Positions 35,341 through 46,745 of a stretch of 64,000 nt of DNA are shown piece after piece (the stretch's first letter is position 1; each line of letters begins with the position of its first letter). Source of the DNA: Candidatus Cloacimonadales bacterium (lineage in GTDB: Bacteria > Cloacimonadota > Cloacimonadia > Cloacimonadales > DAONDQ01); contig OY759316.1 in the NCBI GenBank assembly GCA_963662275.1, positions 3,104,001 through 3,168,000 on the forward strand, read 5' to 3'. The notes under the pieces are model-generated. The model was not told where the DNA came from. It searched no databases and saw nothing but the letters and a program-made list of their open reading frames with translations. Made by a program: the position numbers and the translations under genes.

Positions 35341-35422
35341 TTCTTCCCACTATTAGCAGCAGTTGTAAAAAAATCCTTTACAACTGAAAGCAAATCGAAC
35401 TTACAAATATTATTTGTGAGTT

Positions 35423-37410
35423 TCATTCCAACTCTCCTTCCAGCATCTTGGCAATCTCAGATTCAATGGCTTTCAGTTCAGATTCAATCACATCCAAAGG
35501 ACGAGGAGGCTGGTATTTGTAGAAATAGCGATTGAAGTTTATCTCATACCCGACCTTGGTTTTATCCATATCCACCCAGGCACCAGGGACATGAGGCAAG
35601 ACTTCACGTTTCATATAATCATCGATTTCAATATCGTAAGGTACATTTTCATTATCACGTAAATCTGCATCAGCTTCAGGATTGCCTTTCGCATCCTTGC
35701 AGATATCAGCTTCCTCATCCCGATAACCAAATACCATGATGCCTGCTTTAATGACATTGGCATCTGCCTTCAATGTGGTATAGGCAAGCATTTCCTTGAA
35801 CTTCTTGATGAAAGATTCACGATTCCGAATGACTCCCAATTCCTTCATTTTAATTAGATGAGTAGCTACTCCATTATCTTCAGCAACTTTCAGCAATGGT
35901 GCAATTTCTGCCGTTTTTTTCTTAGCAGATTTCAAACTATGTTGAAGAAACAGTTCGATTTTCTCATCTGTAACCTCAAAGGCTAACCTTAGCGGTCTTT
36001 CCACCGTGATGCGTTTATAAGCGAAGTCAGTATTCTTGAATATCCTTACAAACTCACCTTCTTGGAAATCACCATAGAGCCGAACAATCTCTGCTCTCTG
36101 GTCATCACAAATCTCATTGCGTTTATTTCCCAAACTCTTACGCATTTTCTTAAAGAAGGAAACTGCATTCACAAGCTGGACTTTTCCCTTCCTTTTTGCA
36201 TCCTTTCTATTGGTGACAATCCACAGGTAAGTAGATATTCCGGTATTATAGAACAACTGGTCAGGCATGGCGATGATGGCTTCCAGCCAGTCATTTTCAA
36301 TGATCCATCTGCGGATTTCACTTTCTCCAGAACCCGCTCCACCCGTGAACAAGGGAGAACCGTTGAACACGATAGCCAAGCGTGTCCCCCCTTCTTTGGC
36401 ATCTTTCATTTTATGAATCATGTGTAAAATAAATAGTAATTGTCCATCGCTGATACGAGGTAAGCCTGCTCCGAACCTGCCCCCGAATCCTTGTTTCTGG
36501 TATTCCTGTTCAATGAAGTCTTTTTCCTTTTTCCATTCCACACCAAAGGGTGGATTTGCCAGCATGTAATCAAAATGCTGACCTCGGAACTGGTCATTGG
36601 TCAGGCTATTTCCAAAGCGGATATTATCGAGGTTCTGTTCCTTGATCATCATATCCGAACCACAAATAGCATAGGACTGCTCATTGTAATCCTGTCCATA
36701 TACTTCCAGGTGAGCATCCGGATTCAGCTCAAACAGATAATCTTCGGAAACGGAAAGCATACCACCCGTGCCACAGGCAGGATCAAACAATGTCTTGATG
36801 ATACCTTTTGTTGTCAGAGTTTTATTATCAGGAAGGAAGATCAAATCAACCATCATGCGAATCACTTCACGAGGAGTGAAATGATCTCCAGCTTCTTCAT
36901 TGCTCAGGTCATAGAATTTACGGATGAGTTCTTCAAAGATACTACCCATTCCAATATTGGAAACGGTATGCGTACTTAAATCCATTTCGGCATATTTTGA
37001 GATAAGCAGATAAAGAATGTTATTTTCATCCAGCTTTGCAATGTGCTTTTCAAAATCGAAATACTTCAATATGTCCATTGCTCTTATAGAGAATGAGTTC
37101 ATATATTTTACAAGATTCTGAACCAAATGGTCAGGATCTGCTTTCAATCTCTTAAATGTGAATCTGCTGGTATTATGAAACGAAACACCGGTAATACGAT
37201 TCAGTAAAAGTTCGATGTTCTTCAGGTCACCACCTTTGCGCTTTTCAATTTCCTGGAGTACTTTATCCTTTGTGGGTTCGAGTACGCAATCCAGGCGACG
37301 AAGTACGGTCATGGGAAGAATAATGTCTTTTATTGATTGGGATGATACGGACCGCGAAGAAGATTAGCGACTGCCCAGATGTCGTTGATGTGTTTGGAGT
37401 GATTATCCAT
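35423..37410 (-). pseudogene. hsdM: Type I R-M methyltransferase subunit with an N-terminal 1-bp frameshift
   Basis: DPACGTGGML and ANPPFG motifs. The upstream frame MDNHSKHINDIWAVANLLRGPYHPNQ stops at ~37330; adding one base restores ...NQYKDIILPMTVLRRLD. Confidence 0.85.
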
Positions 37411-37499
37411 GTTTTAATTACCCTCTACCTCATTATGATAATTTATAATTACAAATGACGATGTTTTGTGTCAAAGATTTTATTGGATTAAGTTGTGTA

Positions 37500-38430
37500 G
37501 CGCTTTCTTTAGGAGGAATTGTGTCACCGCCTACGGGGTTCGAATGGTACATGAAATCCGTTACCCATAGCTTACACTATGGGCTATCATCTTTTATCCC
37601 TGCGGGATTTGTAGCACAGACAGTCTTGTCTGTTTTGTGAGAGAGTCGTCCCGACCTCGAAACGAAATGCAGAAGGTTCTAGGTTCTAGGTGCTAGGTGC
37701 TAGTTTCAGAGAGGAGCAGAAGGAGCCCTGGATCCCCGATCAGGTCGAGGATGACATGATTACGAATGGTAGTTAGACCGCACAAACTACAAGCTAGTAA
37801 CTAAAAACTATAAGTGGCAGAAAAGAGCAGTACAGAAGTTGCTATAAATCGATAAAAAGTCTGCTGCAAAATTAAGTAAGTTTCATCTAGGATTCATCTA
37901 GGCTTTATCTAGGCATCATCTAGACTTTCTTAGATTTTCTTAGGAAGAGGCATTATTCATATCCTTTTTCAACCCTTTTTTGTATTTATAGTGGATCCTT
38001 GTGAGAAAAGGCAACCTGAAGGATGCCACTACAGTACACTCTTGGCACCTAAATGAGGTAGTAAGCAGGTACTAGTCAGATCCTAATCAGCTCCTAACCA
38101 GCTCCTAAAGTATTTTATTTTCTGATTAGTACATGGTTAAAGCTTATTTACTTCCAAATATCCTGGTCATTTAAGAGCCGCTCGTGGGGAGAAGCTGTGG
38201 GCAGAAGCTGATAGTTTATAGCTGATAGTGAAGAGGGGAGCAGGATTAAACTCATCTAGAAGTGCGAAGTACGAGGTGCGAAATTCGAAGGCAGAGAAGA
38301 GAATCAAACTCTCCGACACTAAAGTGCCACCTCCCTTCATCTGAAGGGAGGAATGGATCTTCCCTCTTTTGAACAAAAGAGAGGGGCTGGGGGTGAGTCA
38401 TTAAAAGAGGCAAATCTCATCTAACCTGTT
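37500..38430. repeat. Intergenic mosaic of REP-like palindromes and 7-mer/11-mer tandem repeats
   Basis: GGTTCTA/GGTGCTA x4 (37675-37703), CTGGATCCCCGATCAGGTCGAGGATGAC (37728), TCATCTAGG-type 11-mers (37881-37944), CAGCTCCTAA x3 (38078-38109), CCTCTTTTGAACAAAAGAGAGG (38363). Confidence 0.7.
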
Positions 38431-38439
38431 ACTTCTTCC

Positions 38440-39216
38440 CTATTTCTTGCTTATGCCTCTCTCGCTGTCCTTCACAAAATCAATGAAGATCTTCTGTTCC
38501 GGTAGCAGGTTTTCCATTTTATCGGCAACTTCCATTGCCTGGGTTGTATTTAAATCGGAATGATAGAAAAGTTTATAGACTTCTTTGATAGCTGCCACAG
38601 TTTCAGAGCTGAAGCCCTTTCTCATGAGACCAACACTGTTGAGTCCCACGATCTCATAAGGATTGCCTTGTCCCCTGGTATATGGAGGAACATCCTTTTT
38701 CACAGCAGAAGCCCCTCCCACAAAAGCGTACGTTCCGATATGAACGAATTGGTGGATACCAACTACACCACCAATCGCAACATGGTCTTGAATAATGATA
38801 TGTCCAGCCATATTCACTGCATTGGCAATGACAACATAGTTTCCCACGTGGCAATTGTGTGCCACATGCGCATATGCCATCAATAGATTGTGATTACCCA
38901 CGGTTGTCGATTCTTCCGTACTATTGGAGCAATTAATAGTGACAAATTCGCGTATTGTATTATCATCACCAACAATGACCGTTGTCGGTTCGCCGTTATA
39001 CTTTAAATCCTGGGGATATGTCCCGATTACAGCGAATTGAGAAATTCGGTTCCGGTTACCGATTTTCGTAATACCATCCACGATAACATGTGATAAAAGC
39101 TGATTATCTTCACCTATCTGTACATTTGGTCCGATGATGCAATAGGGTCCAATGACTGAATTATCACCAATGATTGCCTTAATATCTACGATTGCAGTTG
39201 GATGAATTGTTACCAT
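38440..39216 (-). CDS. lpxA: UDP-N-acetylglucosamine acyltransferase
   Basis: IHPTAIV hexapeptide repeats, PQDLKY, IREFVTI, HVAHNC, HQF. Confidence 0.97.
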   Translation of the reverse strand: MVTIHPTAIVDIKAIIGDNSVIGPYCIIGPNVQIGEDNQLLSHVIVDGITKIGNRNRISQFAVIGTYPQDLKYNGEPTTVIVGDDNTIREFVTINCSNSTEESTTVGNHNLLMAYAHVAHNCHVGNYVVIANAVNMAGHIIIQDHVAIGGVVGIHQFVHIGTYAFVGGASAVKKDVPPYTRGQGNPYEIVGLNSVGLMRKGFSSETVAAIKEVYKLFYHSDLNTTQAMEVADKMENLLPEQKIFIDFVKDSERGISKK

Positions 39217-39218
39217 CT

Positions 39219-40610
39219 CTATTTCTCCATTATCTTCGCGAGGAAGTCACCCTCACACACTTTATCTTCTCCGACAAAAGCTTCCCCATGCATTTTGGTC
39301 AGGGTTCTCTTCAGGGAAAGTACCGTCATTACAAAGCGTAAAGTATCACCGGGAAGAACTGGCTTACGGAACTTCACATTATCGATGGAAGCAAAAAGAG
39401 CTATGTAATTCTGCGGCTCTTCAAGTTGGTTCAACAGCATGATACCACCTGTCTGTGCCATCGCTTCCAATATCAGGACACCAGGCATAATGGGTCTCCC
39501 GGGAAAATGACCTTGAAAGAATGGTTCATTGATCGTCACATTCTTGATTCCCACAATCTTCTCACCGGGAATAAACTCGATGATCTTATCCACTAACAGG
39601 AAAGGATATCTATGCGGAAGAATACGCATAATAGCATCAATATCAAAGACAATATCCTTGGTTTTCTGTTTCTGGTATATCTTCTGAAGTTTTTTCTTCT
39701 TTTGAATCTGACGAAGTTTCTTCACTAATTCCACATTGGTCTTGTGACCGGAACGGGCAGCCAGGATATGCCCTTTAATTGGAATACCCAGCAGGGCAAT
39801 ATCACCAATTAAATCTACGACTTTATGGCGTACAAATTCATTGTAGTATCGTAAAGGATGACTATTCAGAATCCCTTCCTTCGATACAGTTACTGGTTCA
39901 TGATAAGCAAAGATATCCTGCAGATGTTGTAATTCAGCTTCGCTGATATTGGGTTCTGCAATCACCAGCGCATTTTCAAGTGAACCACCCTTGATGAGAT
40001 TAGCTTGTTTCAGCATGAGAATCTCATTCACAAAACAGAATGTTCGAGCTGACGCAAATTCCTTTTCATAGAAAGATAAATCGGGAAGCCAAGTATATTG
40101 AGTACCCAGATTCGGGTGCTTATAATCGATCATAAATGTTACTTTCAATTCATTGGAAGGAATAATCACAATATCTACATTTTCTTTAGGAGCTGAAAAA
40201 TTGATTGGTTCATCAAATTCGAAGTATTCTCTTTCGGAATCCTGCTCTACAAGTCCAACATGCTTCAGCAGGTTCAAAAAAACAATCGCACTGCCATCAG
40301 CAACCGGTGCTTCCGGTCCATTGATCTCAATCCGTATATTATCAATCTGTAATCCTTTAATGGCAGACAGGACATGTTCAATTGTACCAACAGTGGCATT
40401 CTTAATACCAATCGTCGTTCCCCGTGAAATATCAACGACATGATCAATATCTGCTGGTATTTCCGGACTTCCGGGTAAATCAGTTCGAATAAAAACAATG
40501 CCTTCATCCTTAGATGCAGGCTTAAAGGTAATCGTGGAAATCTCTCCTGAATGTAAACCGATACCGGTATAACTGATAGCACCACCGATCGTTTGTTTTC
40601 TTTCTGTCAT
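39219..40610 (-). CDS. lpxC-fabZ: Bifunctional LpxC deacetylase / FabZ dehydratase
   Basis: GIGLHSG, TIEHVLSA, ARTFC, HKVVDLIGD, then LPHRYPFLLVD and GHFPGRPIMPGV. Confidence 0.97.
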   Translation of the reverse strand: MTERKQTIGGAISYTGIGLHSGEISTITFKPASKDEGIVFIRTDLPGSPEIPADIDHVVDISRGTTIGIKNATVGTIEHVLSAIKGLQIDNIRIEINGPEAPVADGSAIVFLNLLKHVGLVEQDSEREYFEFDEPINFSAPKENVDIVIIPSNELKVTFMIDYKHPNLGTQYTWLPDLSFYEKEFASARTFCFVNEILMLKQANLIKGGSLENALVIAEPNISEAELQHLQDIFAYHEPVTVSKEGILNSHPLRYYNEFVRHKVVDLIGDIALLGIPIKGHILAARSGHKTNVELVKKLRQIQKKKKLQKIYQKQKTKDIVFDIDAIMRILPHRYPFLLVDKIIEFIPGEKIVGIKNVTINEPFFQGHFPGRPIMPGVLILEAMAQTGGIMLLNQLEEPQNYIALFASIDNVKFRKPVLPGDTLRFVMTVLSLKRTLTKMHGEAFVGEDKVCEGDFLAKIMEK

Positions 40611-40670
40611 TTGATGATATCCTTCCCCGGTTATCATTACATAAAGTTGGAAACCGAGAGGTTCATTACG

Positions 40671-41711
40671 TTATTTATCTTCTTCTTTAGTGGTTTTACT
40701 AACGTGTTTCCAAATCTCCGGCAAATGCTTTTCCACTGCTATGATTCGCATACGCAGACCTGCATCAACAGCAGGAGTGCCAAATAATCTGGCACCTTCC
40801 GGTACAATTCCTTTCACACCGGATTGAGCACCAACCATAACTTTATTGCCAATTTTCACATGATCACCCACACCTACCTGCCCGGCAAGATATACGATAT
40901 CTCCAATTTCGGAACTTCCACCGATACCGACATGTGCACATAACATGGTGTGAGATCCTATTTGAACATTGTGACCGATTTGAACAAGATTATCCAGTTT
41001 TGTATCTTTCCCGATGATTGTTGAACCTAAAGTAGCACGATCCACGCAACTGTTGGCACCGATTTCCACATCGTCTTCAATAATCACGTTCCCGAGTTGG
41101 GGTATCTTTTCCTGTTTACCTTCATAAAAAAGATAACCAAAACCATCTGCCCCAATCACAACACCAGCATGAAGGATAACTCTGTCATGAATAATAGTGT
41201 CGGGATATATGGTCACATTGGGAAAGAAATGACAATTCCTGCCAATCTTCGTATTACTCATGATCACAGTATTGGATTCTATGATTGTATGAGAACCGAT
41301 TTCAACATGATCGCTGATGACAACATTCTCACCAATTTGGATATCATCCGGTAATTTCGCAGTAGTGGAAATAACGGCTGATTTGGCAATACTGGTCACA
41401 AATTGCTGTTCATCTAAAGCCATCCATTGTTTGACAATCATCATGAATGAAATATATGGCTTCTGAACGAGTAAGAGGTTCAAGCCGGGAAGTGTGTCCG
41501 GATCGAAATCTTCCTTAACAAGCAGTAAACCGGCTTTTGTATGCTTTGCTTCTTCCAGGTATTCATCATTATCTAAAAAACAGACTGTGTGTTCATCTGC
41601 AACAGATAACTCTGCCACATTATTCAGTGAAGTATCCAATCTTTTATAGAGTTTGGATGGTATCTGAGAAGCGATCAATTCAGGATTCAGAACTAACTGA
41701 AAGCGTTTCAT
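40671..41711 (-). CDS. lpxD: UDP-3-O-acylglucosamine N-acyltransferase
   Basis: [31 protein letters not shown]. Confidence 0.97.
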   Translation of the reverse strand: MKRFQLVLNPELIASQIPSKLYKRLDTSLNNVAELSVADEHTVCFLDNDEYLEEAKHTKAGLLLVKEDFDPDTLPGLNLLLVQKPYISFMMIVKQWMALDEQQFVTSIAKSAVISTTAKLPDDIQIGENVVISDHVEIGSHTIIESNTVIMSNTKIGRNCHFFPNVTIYPDTIIHDRVILHAGVVIGADGFGYLFYEGKQEKIPQLGNVIIEDDVEIGANSCVDRATLGSTIIGKDTKLDNLVQIGHNVQIGSHTMLCAHVGIGGSSEIGDIVYLAGQVGVGDHVKIGNKVMVGAQSGVKGIVPEGARLFGTPAVDAGLRMRIIAVEKHLPEIWKHVSKTTKEEDK

Positions 41712-42338
41712 TTATTTCTTTTTAGGTTTATCTACTGTCTTAGCCGGTGGTGTTACTGGGTTCGCTGATTGATCCTGCTTTGATGGATTTGCTGGATTAA
41801 CGCTGCTATCAGATGCTGGTTCAAGACCCCTATTCATCTCCGCTACGATTTGGTCGGTAATGTCCATATTCTGTTTAGCATAAAGCACGACGCCGGTGCT
41901 GACATCAAGAATGAGTGAATAGTTTTCATCCACAGCGATTCTTTCAATAATCGAATTGATCTTCTTGGTAACGGGTTCAATCAGCTCCTGGTAACGTTGC
42001 TTGGCTTTGCCATTTTCGCCAAAGAACTCGTCGACCATACGATCACGTTCTGACTTTTTTGCATCAATCTTAGTCTGGGCTTCTTTTTTACCGGATTCTG
42101 TCATGGTCAGTTTTTTCTTTTCAAAATCAGCATCAAGCTGTTTAGCAGTATCATCTAACTCTTTGATCTGGGTTTCCCAGTTTTGGCGTTCCGCGGTAAA
42201 AACCCGCTGAATTTCCTTCGTATCGTTGCATTCGGAAATCACTTTATCTGTATTGATATAAGCAACTTTGAACGCTTGTGCCCAAGCGATGGTGGTCAGG
42301 AATAATCCCATGACCATGAGTATTAATATCTTTTTCAC
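41712..42338 (-). CDS. skp: OmpH/Skp periplasmic chaperone
   Basis: Signal peptide, KVAYIN, coiled coil, YSLILD...DITDQIV; directly upstream of lpxD. Confidence 0.9.
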   Translation of the reverse strand: MKKILILMVMGLFLTTIAWAQAFKVAYINTDKVISECNDTKEIQRVFTAERQNWETQIKELDDTAKQLDADFEKKKLTMTESGKKEAQTKIDAKKSERDRMVDEFFGENGKAKQRYQELIEPVTKKINSIIERIAVDENYSLILDVSTGVVLYAKQNMDITDQIVAEMNRGLEPASDSSVNPANPSKQDQSANPVTPPAKTVDKPKKK

Positions 42339-42513
42339 AATTCCTCCCGAACTACGTGATTTAATCTCATTTTTTTATTTCTTTCACAAATTAATATACT
42401 TCTTTTCAGTCAACGAATAATTTTATAAACCTCATTTGTTTGTACTTGTAGCGTTTTCTAACTAAATAAATGAAGGCAAACTATCAGTTGTTGAAAGAGG
42501 ATTAGAAATGAAA

Positions 42514-42539
42514 AGTCCCGAGGTTTGCACCTCGGGACT
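42514..42539 (-). terminator. Rho-independent terminator after gcvPB
   Basis: AGTCCCGAGG-TTTGCA-CCTCGGGACT hairpin with a T run on the minus strand. Confidence 0.8.
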
Positions 42540-42546
42540 GTCTAAT

Positions 42547-44001
42547 TCATTTCTTGATATATTTAATATCTAACTGACGTACTGCTAAAGTATCATCCAG
42601 ACGACGCACAGGTGTGTTGAATGGTGCATTGAGCAAAAGATCCGGATCATATTCACATTCATGAGCAATCTTTATCATAGCTGCTGCAAATTCATCCAAG
42701 GTTTCCATACTCTCTGTTTCAGTAGGTTCTATCATGATTGCTTCATGAATAATCAGAGGAAAATAGATCGTAGGAGCGTGATATCCCATATCCAATAATC
42801 GTTTGGCAATATCGAGAGTCCGAATCCCATACTTTTCCTTCTGCCACTCTCCATCTGCGACGAATTCATGCATACAAAAGATATCTTTATGAGCCACATG
42901 ATAATAATCTAGAATCAGGCTGCGCAGGTAATTGGCATTGATTATGGCATTTTCAGCAACGCGAAGCAAGCCTTTCGCTCCCAGCATTTTGATGTAGATA
43001 TAAGCACGTATATTAATACTGAAATTCCCATAGAAGGTTTGCACCTTTCCGATTGAATGTTCAGCATGACCAAAATCAAGATAGAATTGATCACCATCTG
43101 TTTCCACCATAGGAACTGGAAGGAATTTAACCAAATCCTTTCTTACAGCCACTGGTCCTGAACCTGGTCCACCACCACCGTGAGGTGTGCCAAATGTCTT
43201 ATGCAGATTAATATGCATGACATCGAAGCCAATCTCACCAGGTTTCACAATACCAAGTAAAGCATTGAAATTTGCACCGTCCATATACATCAACCCATCC
43301 ACATTATGTATAATCTCAGCAATGGCTTCGATCTGGGTTTCAAATAGACCGAGAGTATTGGGATTTGTCAGCATGAATCCGGCAACCGTATCATCAGTAA
43401 CACGTCGCAGTTCCTCCAAGTCCACACGTCCGTCTTCATTGGATTTAATTTCAACAACTTCAAAACCTACTAAGGAACTACTGGCTGGATTAGTACCGTG
43501 TGCTGAATCAGGAAGAATGATCTTCTTTTTGTGTAAATTGCCTTTCGCTTTATGATAAGCATCTATAATCTTGAGACCTGTGAATTCACCGTGTGCACCT
43601 GCAACCGGCTGTAAAGTGACTCTTTCAAAACCGGATATCTCAGCCAAATCCTTCTGCAATTCATACATAATTTCCAAAGCACCTTGAACTGTCTGAACAG
43701 GCTGTAACGGGTGTAGATTATTAAAGCATGAATGGTTAACTAATGTCTCGTGGAGTTTGGGATTGTATTTCATGGTGCAGGAACCGAGAGGATAGAATCC
43801 TTTCTCGATGCAATGATTTTTATTACTGAGAGCAATGAAATGACGCATTACATCCAATTCACTGACTTCCGGTAGTTCAACAGGAGCTGTCCGCAAATAT
43901 TTGGAAGGAATACAGTCCTTCAATTCAATACTAACATCGTTCTTGGGTAATGTGCAACCCTTTCTTCCAGGAGAGCTGATATCAAAAATTGTATTAGACA
44001 T
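42547..44001 (-). CDS. gcvPB: Glycine dehydrogenase subunit 2
   Basis: YPLGSCTMKYNP, SAHGTNPAS, HINLHKTFGTPHGGGGPG. Confidence 0.97.
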   Translation of the reverse strand: MSNTIFDISSPGRKGCTLPKNDVSIELKDCIPSKYLRTAPVELPEVSELDVMRHFIALSNKNHCIEKGFYPLGSCTMKYNPKLHETLVNHSCFNNLHPLQPVQTVQGALEIMYELQKDLAEISGFERVTLQPVAGAHGEFTGLKIIDAYHKAKGNLHKKKIILPDSAHGTNPASSSLVGFEVVEIKSNEDGRVDLEELRRVTDDTVAGFMLTNPNTLGLFETQIEAIAEIIHNVDGLMYMDGANFNALLGIVKPGEIGFDVMHINLHKTFGTPHGGGGPGSGPVAVRKDLVKFLPVPMVETDGDQFYLDFGHAEHSIGKVQTFYGNFSINIRAYIYIKMLGAKGLLRVAENAIINANYLRSLILDYYHVAHKDIFCMHEFVADGEWQKEKYGIRTLDIAKRLLDMGYHAPTIYFPLIIHEAIMIEPTETESMETLDEFAAAMIKIAHECEYDPDLLLNAPFNTPVRRLDDTLAVRQLDIKYIKK

Positions 44002-45340
44002 GAGCCACCTCCTTCAGTGCATTCACAAGTTCGTCCATTTCTGCCTTGCTCTTCTTTTCAGTTACCGCAATCATAAGCTGGTTTTGTTCTCCATAGGGAG
44101 TCAAATCTACACCTGCATAGATAGCGGACGGCAATAATCTTTGAATGATCTTATCTGCTGGTATCGGTGTCTTAATTACAAATTCCTTGAAGAAGGGGAT
44201 ATTTGGATATGCAAGTGCGAAACCTGGAATTGAACCGATCTCTTTCGCCAGATAATGAGCTTTTGTTGCTGACTGTGTTGCTACTTCCTGTAGTCCCTCC
44301 TTCCCGATGAGACACATATAAACACAGGCAGCAAGTGCACAGAGAGATTCATTCGAGCAAATATTGGAAGTGGCTTTCTCACGACGGATATGCTGTTCAC
44401 GAGCCTGCAGCGTTAAACAATACCCGCGTTTTCCTTCCACATCAAGAGTTGCACCTACGATTCTACCCGGCATCATGCGTGCTAAGTCCATCTTCGCTGC
44501 AAAGAAACCGAACAGAGGACCCCCAAAATACATGCTGTTGCCAAGTGCCTGTCCTTCACCGACAACGACATCAGCGCTATATTCAGCAGGAGATGATAAT
44601 ATACCCAGGGAAATTGGATCAACGGCTACAATGAATAATGCTTTCTTCTGCGTATGAACAATTTCACCAACAGTTAAGCCATCTTCAAGATTACCGAAGA
44701 AATTAGGTGTTTGCAGTAATACGCAGGATGTCTTATCATCCACAGCAGACTTCAAGGCATCCAAGTCAACGAGTCCATTCTTAGTTGGAATTATTACAAG
44801 CTCAATGCCTATACCTTCAGTGTAGGAACGTATAACTTGCAGAAAATGAGGATGTACGGTACCGGCAATGACAGCCTTCATCAGCTTGTTTTTGCGCACA
44901 GCCAGCAAAATAGCTTCTGCAGCAGCAGTGGCACCATCATACATACTGGCATTGGCAATTTCCATACCTGTCAGTTCGCAGATCATCGTTTGATATTCAT
45001 AAATATACTGTAACGTGCCCTGGCTAACTTCTGCCTGGTAGGGAGTGTAAGCAGTCAGGAATTCTGGACGGGATGTAATGGTATCAACAGCAGCGGGAAT
45101 GAAATGATCGTACACTCCGGCGCCTAGAAAAGAATTTGCCGATGCAGCACATAAATTGTTACAGGTCATTTGGTGAATCTGTTTAGTAATTTCAATTTCA
45201 GAAAGAGGTATATCAAGATTGAGGTCTTTCTTCAATCTGAACTTCTCGGGTATGTCTTTGATCAAGTCTGAAAACTGGTTAACGCCAATGCGTTTCAGCA
45301 TTTTCAAACGCTCTGCGTCTGTGTTGGAAATGTACGGCAT
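43994..45340 (-). CDS. gcvPA: Glycine dehydrogenase subunit 1
   Basis: FLGAGVYDH, TAYTPYQAEVSQG, REQHIRREKATSNIC. Confidence 0.97.
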   Translation of the reverse strand: MPYISNTDAERLKMLKRIGVNQFSDLIKDIPEKFRLKKDLNLDIPLSEIEITKQIHQMTCNNLCAASANSFLGAGVYDHFIPAAVDTITSRPEFLTAYTPYQAEVSQGTLQYIYEYQTMICELTGMEIANASMYDGATAAAEAILLAVRKNKLMKAVIAGTVHPHFLQVIRSYTEGIGIELVIIPTKNGLVDLDALKSAVDDKTSCVLLQTPNFFGNLEDGLTVGEIVHTQKKALFIVAVDPISLGILSSPAEYSADVVVGEGQALGNSMYFGGPLFGFFAAKMDLARMMPGRIVGATLDVEGKRGYCLTLQAREQHIRREKATSNICSNESLCALAACVYMCLIGKEGLQEVATQSATKAHYLAKEIGSIPGFALAYPNIPFFKEFVIKTPIPADKIIQRLLPSAIYAGVDLTPYGEQNQLMIAVTEKKSKAEMDELVNALKEVAHV

Positions 45341-45602
45341 CGAAGTCTCCTTATCTATCTATATAGTAATGAATATTAAATTTTTTATGCAGAATTTAGA
45401 TAGGAAAGATTTTGTCAATAAAAAGGCAGGAAAGAAATTAAGAAATAAAAAATAATAATTAAAAAATAGCAGAGCAGACAATTCATGAATGATTAGAAAA
45501 TGTTATTTCTACCATTTATCACGTTTTTCAGAGTATGAGTTTTGCAGCAGAAGTCATAACAAATTAATGCAAACACTCTCTAAAACTCTGCTTTCATCCC
45601 AT

Positions 45603-46268
45603 TCAAAACGCAAAAGTTGCTTTCAGGAATGGTAAGGCAATCAATTCTCCTGTATCGCCTTGTAATGGTCGAAATCCTCCAAAATCCCAACTCATTTTAT
45701 CACCTTTGAATCTCACACCGAATAGGAGTAAACCATTTGTTTCTTTTTCCAAGACCTGTGAAGCTGTTACAAATTCACCTATAAAAGCCGTTCGTGAAGC
45801 AAGTTTCTGAATCGTTCCGATGGCTAATGCAACATTATTGGATGAGCTTTCAAAATCAGTTGCCCAACTGCCAGCTATGTGAAAACTGTTATCAGGTGTT
45901 CCATAACTAACCACATTCCCTATGCTCATAACGTGAAAATGAACTGTATAGGTTGTCCAAAATGCAGACTGGATTTTTCCCTGGTGCAGGTAATTCTGTT
46001 TGATACCAACAGAAAAAGTTCTAACCATTTCCTCGGTGATTGGGAACAGAGTCATTGCGCTTATATGGGTATGATCATTCACTGCATAAGCATATTGCAG
46101 CACAATCAGTTCATAGTCAGTCAACGCTTTCATTCCTCTCGGCATAGTATAAGCTGTTGGCATGACAAACAGAGATTGATCGGCTGCCTGGTATTCAACT
46201 TTGCTTTCAAGTGCAAATGCCGTCATACTTCCAAGAATCATTAAAACATAGAGAATGATTTGTTTCAT
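45603..46268 (-). CDS. Hypothetical exported, possibly outer-membrane beta-barrel protein
   Basis: Signal peptide, amphipathic beta strands, C-terminal Phe. Confidence 0.65.
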   Translation of the reverse strand: MKQIILYVLMILGSMTAFALESKVEYQAADQSLFVMPTAYTMPRGMKALTDYELIVLQYAYAVNDHTHISAMTLFPITEEMVRTFSVGIKQNYLHQGKIQSAFWTTYTVHFHVMSIGNVVSYGTPDNSFHIAGSWATDFESSSNNVALAIGTIQKLASRTAFIGEFVTASQVLEKETNGLLLFGVRFKGDKMSWDFGGFRPLQGDTGELIALPFLKATFAF

Positions 46269-46283
46269 TGATTCCCCTTTTTT

Positions 46284-46637
46284 TTACTCACTTACCATCT
46301 TATTATCCGGTTCCTTTGGCAAAAATACATGAATCTTTGCTGCATGATTCTCATCCAGGGGAACGGTGAAGAAATAAAAATTTGTATCTCCGAAATCAAG
46401 GAATCCCTTCATTCTTTTACCATAGTTTATAGACTCATCCAACGGACAAAATGCATGTACAGATTCATTACCGGTGACATGATAACACTTTTTCCCAACC
46501 AAATCTGCACCTAGATCAAAATCTCTGGCGAATCTTTCGTTATGCCACACAATTTCGTTGTCCCTGTTTAAAATCATGATAGATAGAAATGGAGAATTCA
46601 CGATTTCCATCCCAAGTTTTCCTAATAAGTCAACCAT
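46284..46637 (-). CDS. Small stand-alone PAS-like domain protein
   Basis: IMILNRDNEIVWHN...LVGKKCYHV......CP pattern; GAGG SD. Confidence 0.65.
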   Translation of the reverse strand: MVDLLGKLGMEIVNSPFLSIMILNRDNEIVWHNERFARDFDLGADLVGKKCYHVTGNESVHAFCPLDESINYGKRMKGFLDFGDTNFYFFTVPLDENHAAKIHVFLPKEPDNKMVSE

Positions 46638-46702
46638 GTTATTACCTCTTAAGTAAATTGTATTATTGACTGAAATCGTGTCAATGAAAACAACATTAAG
46701 AA

Positions 46703-46729
46703 AAAGGGCAGACGTTAAGTCTGCCCTTT
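46703..46729 (-). terminator. Rho-independent terminator
   Basis: AAAGGGCAGAC-GTTAA-GTCTGCCCTTT hairpin. Confidence 0.8.
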
Positions 46730-46745
46730 CATGATAAATATATGC

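Noticed and set aside
39219..40610. LpxC-FabZ fusion as a novelty
   Set aside because: Well known in FCB-group bacteria; useful only as a taxonomic hint
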